This document shows, piece after piece, positions 12,216-24,451 of a DNA stretch of 64,000 nt. A program made the position numbers and the translations under genes. How positions within the stretch are numbered: the stretch's first letter is position 1; each line of letters begins with the position of its first letter. The notes below the pieces were generated by a model that was not told the DNA's origin, searched no databases, and worked only from the letters and a program-made list of their open reading frames with translations. Origin of the DNA: Tubulanus polymorphus (taxonomy: Eukaryota > Animalia > Nemertea); NCBI RefSeq assembly GCF_964204645.1, contig NC_134031.1, forward strand, positions 18,731,910 to 18,795,909, given 5' to 3'.

Positions 12216-14453
12216 TAGATCTACAAAACTAGCCTCAGTTCTTTTTTCGAATACTCAATTTCAATCTTTAAGTTTTCAAACCATCAAATTTGAAAATATT
12301 TGAAGCAATCAGCGACTGACAGCTCTATTTACAATTTGGCAACATCAGTTCTTTATGAAGAGCTGTCAATGATGAGAAATAAAACAATACTGGTATTACG
12401 CCATTCCAGGAAAACTCAGTAATAATTTACAATGAAAAAAGTCTTAACAAATTCTTCCGATTTTTCACGTCTTAAAAATCTCTGTACAAAGTTAAAAAAA
12501 ATCACCACATTTTGGCAGAAGCTCTTTTTATCTATAGTTTAATCGTCGAGTTTTTCTGATGCGCGATAAAGGTAACAAAATACTGCTGCAAAATATGAAT
12601 CAATTCATAGAGTACTTAGCCAGATAAGAGACATTCGTGATGGGAGAAAATAACGGTAAAATAGAAGGGCACTCGTTAACTAGCGTATAAATTAACAATA
12701 AGTTAATAATTTCAATGTGAACTATTTTTTTCTACATCGTCGACAAGTAGGAATGTGAATAGCAGTCAACTAGTGTTCGTACCCTACTGCAAGTTAGATA
12801 ATCACATGCCCCAGTTGCATGGCTGTGGGTTCAATTCCGTTACTCAAAACCAGTACAGTTTGAATTTCTAACTGCCACATCGCAAGTTAAATCCACAGCC
12901 GTGTGATTGGGTCGGTTTCGATTCAAGTGAATAGTCAGTGAGTTTTCTTGTCCGATCCTGCCTCGCAAACTACTCAACTACACGGTAGTTCTCTTATAGT
13001 GGTTTATATAAGGTCAAGGTCATTGACTAACTGGTACCTTCTTGCCTTCAACTAACTTAACATTTCTAGCTGCTGTGCTGCTTTCTGGCTTATGCGAAGA
13101 ACGACTTGTTCGCACGTCCGATTATCAGGACAGATAAACCTTTATTTAAACCCAACTACAAGTCCGTTGAGTAGAAGTCGGGTTAAGAAAACTCAGTGAC
13201 TGTCACTTTCATTGTAAAGTTCAAGGTAAAAGCCTCAAGACGATGATTTTGTGTAGTAAAGTCTGTTGATATGTTTAAGTATGTAAATGAATCACATGTA
13301 CACATAATTAAATCGTAATTTACGAGAAAAAAAAAATCAATCACAGTTTTCCATATTTCATTACACATATAATCAATCATAATAATAATAATGATAATAA
13401 TAATAATCAATCTATAATTCATAATTCTGTTATCGTTCCCCCTGCATGTGGCCCCCCTCTTCCCCGCGGCACATTTAAAGATATACTTCACAATATTGAA
13501 TTATATTCGCAGCACGTGAAAAAATGCGCCTATTTTCGCGAAACCACGAATAATTTTATCATACAATTTGTACTTCACACATCATCTTTTTTCTTTACAA
13601 ATATCGATGCGGTTCTAATAACGTTTTATTCGTATTCAATTAATTAATAATAATTTCATTAACCATTCGAATATTCATTCATTTATTCACCTGTTTATCT
13701 ACACATATAATTAATATTTCATCGTAGTAAAAAAGCTTGATCGGTGCAGTCGAAACTGAACCGTGTACGACACAGTCGTTAGTATCAGACTAGTAAAAAA
13801 CACTTCCACAATTCTTCTGTACGTTTCTTGTTCGTTTCTTGTCTTTTTAATCGCGTGTCGCGCGATTCTTAGAATCTAGTGAATCGACTCTTCTTCACGC
13901 GAGGAGAGAGATTCGAATTTATTTCCGTCTATTCGCTGTTTTAGTTTAGCTTAGGCAGGTTTCGATTGAACGTACTCCGGTTTTTAGGAATATCAGTTGC
14001 GGATTGTACTAATTCTCTACCGGCCGTTTCAATCGGAATCGGAATTCCGGAATTTGTTCCGAGCGGAATACACTCTACTTATTCGGTAGAGACCGATCGA
14101 AACCTGCCTTTAACACCATGAATGGCACAATGAATGGATAACAACAATATAAGCTGTGTGGAATACCGTAATGAAAAAGCGTCAACAGGGGGCGCTTATC
14201 GACGGGCACGTGCACTCTTAAACTCCGTTTTACGCTATTAACCGTTCTAGTCGCCATTTTGAGCTCCTCGACGCGCGCCACTATCGTACAAAATGAAAAG
14301 AAATCCCAATAAGTCGCGCCGCTTTCCTTTTTAAAAGCGTTCTCAAAACACCGTTCAACATCACTATCACGCGACAAAAATGGACGTTTGTCGCGGAAAT
14401 TCATCATCGCCCGTCCGTCCGTCGGTTTATATCATACACACCAGGGGTCGCTA

Positions 14454-14786
14454 CTAGCATAATACCATTTTACTCTGACCCATTTGTTCGTCTTTCGGAT
14501 TGTAACCCATGTTCTTGCGTTGTAAGAACATGTGGATTTCCCTAAACGTCGGCCGACTGAGTTCGCAACGGTTCCAGCACTCGCGCATCAAATCGTAAAT
14601 CTCCTTCGGACAGTTCGCGGGAATCGGCAAGTAGATCTCTTGCCCCGACTGTCGGTAAAAGTGACCACAGTTTTCGATGACCTGCTCATCGGTCAAGTGT
14701 TCGTACGGTTGTATTTTAGCGAATGTGAGTATTTCCCACAATGTCACCGCAAATGACCAGATATCACTCTTTGTTGTGAATTTACC
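14454..14786 (-). CDS. DDR: DDR terminal exon: kinase C-lobe
   Basis: GKFTTKSDIWSFAVTLWEILT...RPTFREIHMFL...SKMVLC, ending in tandem TAG TAG. Confidence 0.95.
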   Translation of the reverse strand, partial: GKFTTKSDIWSFAVTLWEILTFAKIQPYEHLTDEQVIENCGHFYRQSGQEIYLPIPANCPKEIYDLMRECWNRCELSRPTFREIHMFLQRKNMGYNPKDEQMGQSKMVLC

Positions 14787-15163
14787 CTGAAAAACACGAA
14801 AATGGAAACGCAAATTTAGAAAGGTTCGAACGATGAAGAAGAATTTAAAGTATACCTCGAGTAAAGTTTAACCCCAGAAGAAAGAACCGGATTTTTTACG
14901 CAAAAATGCCAACTTTTATACGATGACGTAGGGTACATGAATTTCATCCACTCGATTCATTGATACCGTTGACTGTTGCGCTCGCCAGGGATCTGATTGC
15001 CTTAGATTTTCATGTGCCTCCCACAATCTTAAACTTCTCCACTCTAATTTAAGCGATGATCACCCATCCTCGCCGCAACTTCCCTGGAATTACTGTCTCC
15101 AACAGAGACCCGTCGGTCCCTCGAGATCCGAGGCAAGCGGGTCTATCTATCGAAGGTACTTAC

Positions 15164-15398
15164 TAATAATATCGACTCCCAGGCCATCCATCGTATCGGT
15201 AAAACAGCCCGGCCTTCAATTCGATAATAATCCGCTGAATACAGACTTCGACTCATACCGAAGTCTGATATTTTGATTGTATACAAATGTCCGACGAGAC
15301 AGTTCCGCGTAGCCAAGTCGCGATGCACCATGTTTTGTGACTCTAAGTACTTCATTCCGGACGCGATTTGATTCGCGATGTAAATCAGACAACCGTAC
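15164..15398 (-). CDS. DDR: DDR exon: catalytic and activation loops
   Basis: [35 protein letters not shown]; phases 2-0. Confidence 0.96.
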
Positions 15399-15564
15399 CT
15401 GAAACAAACGCACAAAATACTCAAAGTCAACACAATACGTGCCAGCAATCAGGAGATCAGTTGACTCGTTTTATGATAACTGCTAAAAAACCTGTAGTTG
15501 AAGAAACTGAAAAATAATTCATGATATTCAGAAATCATGTTCAGAGATACTTTTCTATTTCCCT

Positions 15565-15810
15565 TTGACTTCAATGATTCAGTAAAATTATGACTAGTTA
15601 CTGCTACTAATGATGACTTTCACGACTTTCTCATTCTCAATGACTTTACAATTCAGTAAAATTATGATTAATAACTAGCGATGACTTTCTCATTCTCAAT
15701 GACTTCAACGATTCAGTAAAATCATGATTAGCTACTTCTACTAATGACGACTTTCTCATTCTCAATGATGTCAACCATTCAAATCATATAGCGAAATTAT
15801 GATTACCATT
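15565..15810. repeat. degenerate ~60-bp tandem repeat in DDR intron
   Basis: Recurring ATTCAGTAAAATTATGA and GACTTTCTCATTCTCAATGA, about 4 copies. Confidence 0.7.
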
Positions 15811-15916
15811 CTCATCAACAGTTGTGGGTCAAGTTTCAAGAATGTGTTGAAATGACAAATTTTTATATAAAACACATTTCCATTACAAACAGTAGTCAAA
15901 CAGTGGTAATACTAAC

Positions 15917-16120
15917 GTTAGTTCTTTGGCATTCGGTTCTTTAGCCGTAGTGTAAACATTCTCTGGTATGTGATCGCGTAGGAATTGATTTAAATCTCCG
16001 TATTTCATGTATTCGACGATCACGAACGGTGGATCCTCCTTTGAGCAGACGCCGAGAACTCGAACGATATTCGGATCCTTTAAACGCGATAAAATCTTTA
16101 TTTCTTTCTGGAAATCGGCC
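15917..16120 (-). CDS. DDR: DDR exon: kinase subdomains III-V
   Basis: [25 protein letters not shown]...[12 protein letters not shown]; phases 2-2. Confidence 0.94.
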
Positions 16121-16540
16121 CTTAAAAAAAAATAATTCCGAAGAAACATAAGTTAGAAGGCAAATGACAGCTCCCAACTTTGTGATTCCTTAATGGGTGG
16201 TTTTTACAGAGAACTTTCATTCGTCATGATAACACAATGCTGATGGAACTATAATGAAATGTTAAGTTGGTCTTGCTGTGAAATGGTGCCTATATACTCA
16301 GTTCCATTGTTGGTTGAATAGGACTGAGAATTAAAATAGTTCATTTTCTATGTTTTAAACGTCAATACATTGAAAATGAACTCACTCATGTGGAACTGGC
16401 TACAGCACCCGGTTCCACAGCGGTCGGTTAGTTTTGATTCTAAAGTTCTAGAGAATTAGTTCATTTCCAATGTTTTTACCCTAGAGTCTGAGTTCCACTG
16501 AAAACGGAGGAACTGGCTCTCTGCGGTTTATCTTACTCAC

Positions 16541-16668
16541 CTAGCCTGATCACTGGCAAGTTTACGCAGCATTTTAACGGCCACGAGGAGGGAGCGAGAA
16601 GCAGTTCGATTTATCAGAGTATCATCACCCAAAAATTCGACAATATGTTGAGCCTCGGCCAAATGCAC
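16541..16668 (-). CDS. DDR: DDR exon: kinase subdomain II
   Basis: VHLAEAQH...LLVAVKMLRKLASDQAR; cgcag / gtgagt; phases 0-2; absent from the ORF track. Confidence 0.93.
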
Positions 16669-16981
16669 CTGCGACGAAAAAATCATATACAAATTTAGAG
16701 AAAAATTCCGAGAAAATTCGACATCATTTCAGAACAGAATAAAAACCCATTACATACGAATTCAAAGGATGAATTATAAAATTTATACATCAAGAATTTA
16801 AGTCAAAAGTTCAAGGTCAAAACATATCAGCCTCTTTCCAGACGCCTGCCATAAGTCTCTAGAAGGAGTCCGAAACGTAGTGTGTATTTTAATGAATTAA
16901 TGTTGTTTTCAATCTTTTAAATTCGTATACAGCAGATCTCAATTCTAATTCGCATGCAGCGACAACTGGTTCACAACTCAC

Positions 16982-17313
16982 TTCTCCGAATTGTCCTTCG
17001 CCGAGTTTTTCAAGGAATTTTAAATTTTCACGCGGGAATTCGACGATCGTGAAGTCCTCGCTGAAGAGTAGATCGGGATTTGGTACGGCGTACACGTTAC
17101 TGCCGCTGACTCCCTGTATGTTCGGCACGTTTATCACTTCCGACGTTGCATAGAACGGATCCTGTTTCTGGATGATCGGCGTTTTCTGATACGGACTCTC
17201 GAACATCGGTTGTTGCGGAGACATCGACACGATCATCGACGATTTCGTAATGTCCGGAATCGCGTAATCGCGACCGGTCGAGTTCAACGTGTTCATTGTA
17301 TCGGTGTGATAAT
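16982..17313 (-). CDS. DDR: DDR exon: juxtamembrane and kinase Gly-rich loop
   Basis: QGVSGSNVYAVP (conserved DDR juxtamembrane motif) ...EFPRENLKFLEKLGEGQFGE; phases 1-0. Confidence 0.94.
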
Positions 17314-17718
17314 CTGAAATAACCGTTAGAGAAGAGATTAGGAACCCTACAGTCTTTAGAACCATGAAACGGTACATGTTAGAGTATAAAATTGGCCGGG
17401 GTAATAATACCAAAAATGTAAAGCGCTCTGAGCAGCCTTGCTGGATTTTGCGCTATATAAGACAAATATTATTATTATCTTTACAGCAAATAACAGAAAT
17501 ACCAGATCCCTAGTGGATTCTCTGAGTTGATGTGGAAAACCTGGGACAAAATATGGCCAGAAAGGATAGAGGGATCTCACTGCAGATGAATGAACAGCTG
17601 AGGAGAGAATAAGATAGATCCTTTGGTATTGCAGAAAAGCAAAATTTCTGCATCAAAATATATGCAAAAACCTGATAATTTTAAAAGTATTTGGAGCCGG
17701 GAAGATGATAGTACGAAC

Positions 17719-18153
17719 CTGTAGTCTCTGGTGTTTTGAGTGGAGGTATATCGGGTAGTTTTCGATTGGTCAGCGAATCGTCCAACTCGTGATAAATATC
17801 GTTACAGCGTTCGGGATCGATGACGTTACGATGTTCCGATTCCGTATCGGACATCGCGATACTGTTATACATATTACCGTTCGATAGTTTCCCGTTCACG
17901 GTGATGTTCGGCTGGAAATCGTTCAGATGAATCGTCGTGTTTCGCGTTTCGACCGGTTTGATGTTGCGTCTATTGTTGTTATGTTTTCTCCGTCTGCTTC
18001 GTATGATCACGATTAAAATCCCGATTGCGACGATGACGATAACGATGAATCCGAGAACGCTGCCGATTATGATTCCGATGAACGCGTCGGTTCGTTTCGG
18101 TTTCTTACGAACGTCGATATCGTTTCCTTCGTCTGTCGAATGACTGCCGGCAC
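17719..18153 (-). CDS. DDR: DDR exon: transmembrane helix and intracellular juxtamembrane
   Basis: FIGIIIGSVLGFIVIVIVAIGILIVII followed by the basic stop-transfer RSRRRK; aacag / gttcgt; phases 1-1. Confidence 0.9.
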
Positions 18154-18191
18154 CTGTTCCAATGAAAACATAGAGATCATTTAAAACCTCA

Positions 18192-18451
18192 CCCCTTCAA
18201 TACTGACTAATCAAATTCTCGAAAGTGCTGGAGATAATTTGAAAATTCTAAGAAATTCCACCTAAGTTGAATAATTGGCAAACTGCTATGATGCGTCTAC
18301 ACCATAGTGCGGTGTATTGTTTGAAAGCAGCTGCCATCTTTCATTAGAGATCAAAACTTATTACTAATAACACCAATACACCGTGATGCGGTGTACTAAA
18401 AGTACATCATCGATTTATACACCGCACTGCGGTGTAGACGCTCTGAAAGGG
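18192..18451. mobile_element. piggyBac-like MITE, older inverted copy of 28146-28428
   Basis: CCCCTTCA...CTGAAAGGG ends and three TACACCGCAnTGCGGTGTA-type palindromes. Confidence 0.65.
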
Positions 18452-20533
18452 TTCAAACATGATGGCTGCCTTCATAAAATCTCCCTATGACATCATCAAT
18501 TTGGTAAAGAGGGCTACCGTCATGAATTCCCCCAATCATCAAATCACCCCTATTATACCCTTTTGGAAAGATGGCTACCTTCATAAATACCCCTATGATG
18601 TTATCAAATTGTTTACAAGTGATTTGATCTATTGACCCTTCTAGAAAATTAAGATGCCTTCCATCATAAATCCCTCTATGACATCATCAAATCGACAATT
18701 TGTGATCTAGTCTACAGACCCATCCAGAAAAGATGTCTATCTCTGCGTCCACACTAAATAACCTAATGACATCATTATCTATTTCAAATCGATAGGTTAT
18801 TTTGATGATGACAGATGTAATGGTAGGCTGCCATCTTTTCAAGAATATTATAGATGCCTCTATTGTAAATCAAAGTATATCAATCTTAATTAGACACTAT
18901 GACACAATACAGAATTATAGACTTAATAAAATACAAAGCAATATGAAAATATTCAACAACAAAAAAAACTTGATATAAAAGTGCAATAATTATACAAAAA
19001 TCTTATCGAGAATTAATTAAGTGCAAAATTTTATTATCATAATCAACAAATTTCAAAATGATTGGCATGCATTATCCATCATTTGAAGTTTACCATGAGT
19101 AGAAATTTTGGTAGAAATTTGGCAACGGTTTTATCCGCAAAAACTAAATGAAAGTTTTACTTCCGGAAATTTGATGGAATTGCGACAAATTTAGCGTCAA
19201 GATTTTGAACGAAACGTTCCATTATTTCCTTCACTACAACGTGATAGTAAACATCAAATTCTGATGGACAACATAGCAACAACTATTCTACTACTCTACA
19301 GTACACATTGAACTCTAAACATGCAACATTCATTCATTCATTCATTCATTCATTCATTCATTCCTCACAGACCAGGCACAAATATCCATTCCAAATTCAT
19401 TTCATAATCAAGAGCATGAAAAAATATGTTCGTTCAATAATCTGAACATTGAAATCAGGACAAATCACAAAATTGCTTCATTGCTTTTTCCTTGTGGGAA
19501 AATCGAAAGTCGAATTCGAAGAATATTTCGAGGAGAATTTTCTATGAAAAGAATTGGACGCGTTTAGGCATTGAATCCATGCATTTACACACAGATATAG
19601 GAACAGATAAATAACTCATAAGTGAAAATGAACACATTTATAATCAGTGCGTATTACGATCCATTCATACTAAAACATGGGGGCTGCAAAAATGGGAAGT
19701 ATTTTCTCTGGCTCTAGTTTAACAACTACTAATAGTGGAACTAACAATAGCCACCTAGGTCAGCAGCAAATATTTCAACATCAGTTACAGTTTGCCTATA
19801 CTATCAAATCAATTTAAGTTTGATCTTGAAATCTAGTTTCTAGGCAGGGACACTAGTCTACAGTGATAAAAAAAAAGTTTGATTTTGAAATCTAGTTTCT
19901 AGGCAGGGACACTAGTCTACAGTGATAAAAAAAATACTGGTGTCATTTTTTACAAAGTTATTTTCAAAATGTCTTTTAAGCTTATTCTTATTGAAGCATC
20001 TTAGCATTTTAATTTTTCATGGCTTAAAGCTTATACGAGGATTCAGCTAATTAGGCAACTAATTAAACGGCTAGTTGATTAACTCATGCTTTCTTTCTAA
20101 TCCTAAGAAATAGTTTTTTTCTAGATTTTAGATAATGATATGTGCTTCGTAAACCATGCAAGAAGTTTAGATCAATAGGAATAATAGAATAGGATTTTAG
20201 CACCGCTGGAAAAAATAATTTAGCTGATTGAAAAATAATTAAGAGAAAAAAAAACAAATACAAAATGGTTGGGATTTTATAAGGTGAAATTTAAGATTTT
20301 ACGACAATTACATTTGTATTGGGATGATTTTGAAGTAAATTTTTTCTCAAAATTTTGATTTTAAAAGAAATTTAGGACAATTTTAGGGTGGATTGAAATG
20401 ATCTACAGCAGATTTCTAGGGTATAATAATTCTACTGATTCATGCACTATATAAATAGAGAGGGGTGTGTGTGTGGTATTTCTGATTGTTTAAAACTACG
20501 AAGCCCCCATGTTGTATCATCTCACACGCGTAC

Positions 20534-20695
20534 CAGCAGAGAAGACAGAATAGTTCTTGCCGTTTGGGAATATATCGATTGACAGCACGGAATTGCTATC
20601 GATCACACTACCATGACGATGATTCGGGGTCACGCGCGTCGTCGGCGTCGTCGTCGGCGGTGGTATCTCCAACGTGAAGTTGCCCTCGGCCGGCG
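20534..20695 (-). CDS. DDR: DDR exon: Pro/Thr-rich extracellular juxtamembrane (donor at 20534 or 20612)
   Basis: ttcag acceptor. TPAEGNFTLEIPPPTTTPTTRVTP; two possible phase-1 donors. Confidence 0.75.
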
Positions 20696-21206
20696 CTGAA
20701 ATTAAAACGACAGAAAAGAATAAATTTTGTGTCAAGGTTAGAGGTTGAAACTATAGCCGCAAACACAGAGATAATTTGGCAGCCACGGATCGGGCCCGGG
20801 TCAAATTTGGCGTTTGCCTAATTAGAGAGCACGTTCACACGTAAACCACTCACTCAATACTGAACAACGTTTAAACAAAGCGAAGTGAGCCACTTCCAGA
20901 ACTAGTTGCAATTCAAAAGCAATCATTCGTCCCGTTCTTAAAATTTGGCTTGAGCCTTAAGTTTTTTTAAACTTTATGTATCTTTCTACATTTTTAATAT
21001 ATGATCTGATAAGAGCAATAAAATATTTTTCTGAGGAGCGGGGAGGGAAGAGAAGAGGAATAAGGCGGGAGAGAGGGCAAGAGGTGGAGGAAGTTGAGGG
21101 CAGCTGAGAGGTAACGGAGGGAGTAGGGGAGGAGGTGATGAAGAGGGTGAACAGGCTATAGGGGGGTATGGGGGAGAGGAAGGGAGCGGGGAGTAGAATT
21201 ACTTAC

Positions 21207-21749
21207 TAGATTCGAACGACACTTCGCTGATCATGATCCATCGTGCGTCGAACTCCAGTTGTATTTTCACGTAACGTCCGACTCTGTTTTGCAGACGTAT
21301 TTTAACGGGACGCGCGAACTCCATCAAGCCGTCGCGCATGTAGCGGTACTCGATCGGCGGCGGGTTGAAATATTTACCGCCGACGCTGAACCAGACCTGC
21401 GCCTTCTTAAACACGCGAACGTCTTTACTGTAGAGATTGTTACAGTGCAATCTGACCGACGTAAAGTTTCGAATCTCGTTAAATTTGAAGATCAACTCGA
21501 CGGGTCTCGCGCGAGTCGAATCGTTCTTCCAGCCGACCCATTCGTAACCTTTATATCCGATCCCTTGCGGGTCGAGTCGGAAATTCGACTGTCCCTCCTG
21601 ACCGTCGGTGAGCTGTCCGAGCCCGCTCTTCAGGTAGTAGCTGTCCGTTTTGCTCGGATTTTCTTGTTTGATGTCGTAAGTGAAGTCGTGAAGGTCGACG
21701 TTCGAACCGCGTTTATCTCCCTGCGGCATCTCGTACGATACGACTGCGT
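21207..21749 (-). CDS. DDR: DDR exon: DS-like domain
   Basis: DAVVSYEMPQG...GLGQLTDG...YEWVGW...WIMISEVSFES, typical of the DDR DS-like domain; phases 1-1. Confidence 0.94.
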
Positions 21750-23454
21750 CTGAAATTTACCAGAAAAATGCATGAAAATTCTGTTCTATTTTTTTCTAAA
21801 TTTATGAAATGAAAATAAGGGATTTCGGGAGAATTAATTTTCAACATTACTCATACATTATCAACAAAAACATAAATGAAAAAAAATTCATCTTAATTTT
21901 AATTTTATATTGTTTTATATCTAAATTTCATTTTTTTTTTCAAGCGTACGAATATAAAAAGTTTAAAATGCCGGTACATGTAGAATATTCTGTGAAGTCG
22001 CTTGTTTTTAAGATGTAAAATATCAGAAACCATCGGTTTCCTAATATTCCATACAGGCTTTAGATGATCGTGGAATGCTGGTATTCCGTGTGTGTGAAAG
22101 GATGAGAGATTTTCTTTGTGGGATCAGATTTATGCCGAGGTATGCCACACGCCGATGATAAGACAAGATAAACACTGTCTCGGGTTAACAGTCTCCACGC
22201 AAATTCTAATGGATTCATATCTAAACATACATAAATATCTCTTCCTGTTTCATTAGAATACAGGTCAAGCCAGTTCTTTTTTCTAGTGAACCCTAAAGCG
22301 CGTTTCATAACCCCCTGAAAAATCAACTGGCTTTACTTTTATGTGAATTAAGGGTGATAATATTCATTAGTATGTTTGTTATGAATAAGAAATAATTGGG
22401 TCATCCATAAACGTACTCTTAAGCGCACGTGAATGCATTTTCTCACTGACCAAACTCTAACTGCACCCCTCGCAGTAAAAGGCCTAACTCAAGGGTAGTT
22501 TTTCGCCTGAAAATTAATTTTAACACCTTCACATTCATCATGAACACATGATAAAAATATCAGCGCACATAATTATAACCTTCAGAGGTATGGATACACG
22601 TTAAACACTGCCTCGAACCATAACAACGCTGTTCTGGGCGTCTACGAAACTCAATCAGAACTTTTAAATATACGCCTTTTAAATGTTTTAAATCATTATT
22701 TCATTCATATTAGTTCAATAGGGAGAGACAGTATTAGAATATATACACACGGTCTGGTCTTATGTATTCACGCGTTTTATGATATTGACTTAATTACTCA
22801 GCGTTTCCTAAAGAATATCGATATTCATCTTATTAACAAACTTAGGAAATCAATTTCTGGTAGAAACGAATTATGTGAAATTCAACACGATATTGGTAGG
22901 AACAGATTGAAAACTATTTCATAACTCATTTTCATTTTCAGGAACCAGTTCCACAGTTTCAGACTGATTTTACTGCAGCAGTATCAAAATTAGCTTATTT
23001 CCAATGCCTTACGTGACTGAATTCACAACTGTGGAAAGGGACCCAGTTCAACTGCCCTCGGTAAAAATTTCACTGTTTAGGGTTATAACATTGAAAATGA
23101 ACTGATTTCAACTGTAGAATCAAAGTGAACCAGAGATCTACGGAACTCAATCCCGGATCCTTTCAACGATCGAAACATCAAATTCGTAAGTAAGATTCAT
23201 CGGGTTCATACGTAATATACTTAAAAGAAAAAACGAAAATATTACACGGGCGATACGAAACACCTCTTTCCCTTTCATTACGGAACGTTTGAAGTAAGAT
23301 GATAAAAACTAAACGAATACGAATGTTAAAAGGTAAAGACCCCTGAGGGCAGGCGCGCATAGTTTATGTCATTTCTGTTGTTGCATTAATCAATTTTCCA
23401 ATGCTACTCTAAGCCACTATCCATCTATATATACATGTACACATATATATTTTA

Positions 23455-23456
<2 letters not shown>

Positions 23457-23534
<78 letters not shown>
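23457..23534. repeat. (AT)n microsatellite
   Basis: Pure AT run. Confidence 0.98.
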
Positions 23535-23539
<5 letters not shown>

Positions 23540-24303
23540 TTTCTATACTATATTTTATATATACTTCATAATGAACATATAATGATTGGTTTCCTATGCA
23601 TCGTTATCATTTATAATCATCTGTTAGATATTTTTATTTTACTGCCATTACTGTTTACGCGAGCGAAATAGAACTCTCTCTTTTTATTCTCTGATAATAA
23701 TAGTTATCGCCGGATGAATCAATAACGAATACTGAAATAATTCCATAGATGAGTAGTGGTATGACGTGGTTTTAAAGGTTTCTTACTGTCGGGTCGATTT
23801 TGTGGTGGACAATTCACGACATATTTAGAATAGTAACCGTGTGGCATCGGTTTATTTAAAATACAAAATATTGGAAAATATTACCGGTAGAAATTATTTG
23901 TTCAGACGTAACGAGAAAAAAATCAGAAATATACCGCAAAAAATTTGAGGGAATTTTTGTCAAAATAAATCTTGATCGAAGAAATGGAAAAAAAATTCAG
24001 AATAGATTTTTATCGAAAAATTTTGAGATGGAAAAAAAATTGAAAAAGATGGAAGATAATTTTGAAATAGATTTTCATCGAAAAAATTGGAAAAGATGGA
24101 AAAAAAATTGGAAACAAATTTTCAGCGAAAAAAAAATTGGAAAAGATGGAAAAAAATTTGAAATAGATTTTCAGCGAAAAAAAAATGGAAAAGGATTTTC
24201 ATAGAAAAGTAACAAAGCAAAATCCATTTTATCAAAAAATAATTTTGAAAAAAAGTCTAGAAAAAAATGATCATGTAAAAAATTGCCCATATAGGATACA
24301 TAC

Positions 24304-24451
24304 CAGTCCATTCGCAACCGTACAATTCAACCCTCATACACACTGTACGGGCGTGTACACTGTACGGGACAAATCTTAACCATCTCGCGATCATCGGAGG
24401 CTTCACTTCTCTCAGTTCAGCCAGATACGTGTTACTGTTTCCGTGAAATAT
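24304..24451 (-). CDS. DDR: DDR exon: end of discoidin domain
   Basis: IFHGNSNTY...ARWLRFVPYSVHARTVCMRVELYGCEWT; tttcag / gtatgt; phases 0-1. Confidence 0.93.

Noticed and set aside
21259-21753. 164-aa plus-strand ORF (also 14532-14756 and 17937-18143)
   Set aside because: Antisense shadows of DDR exons.
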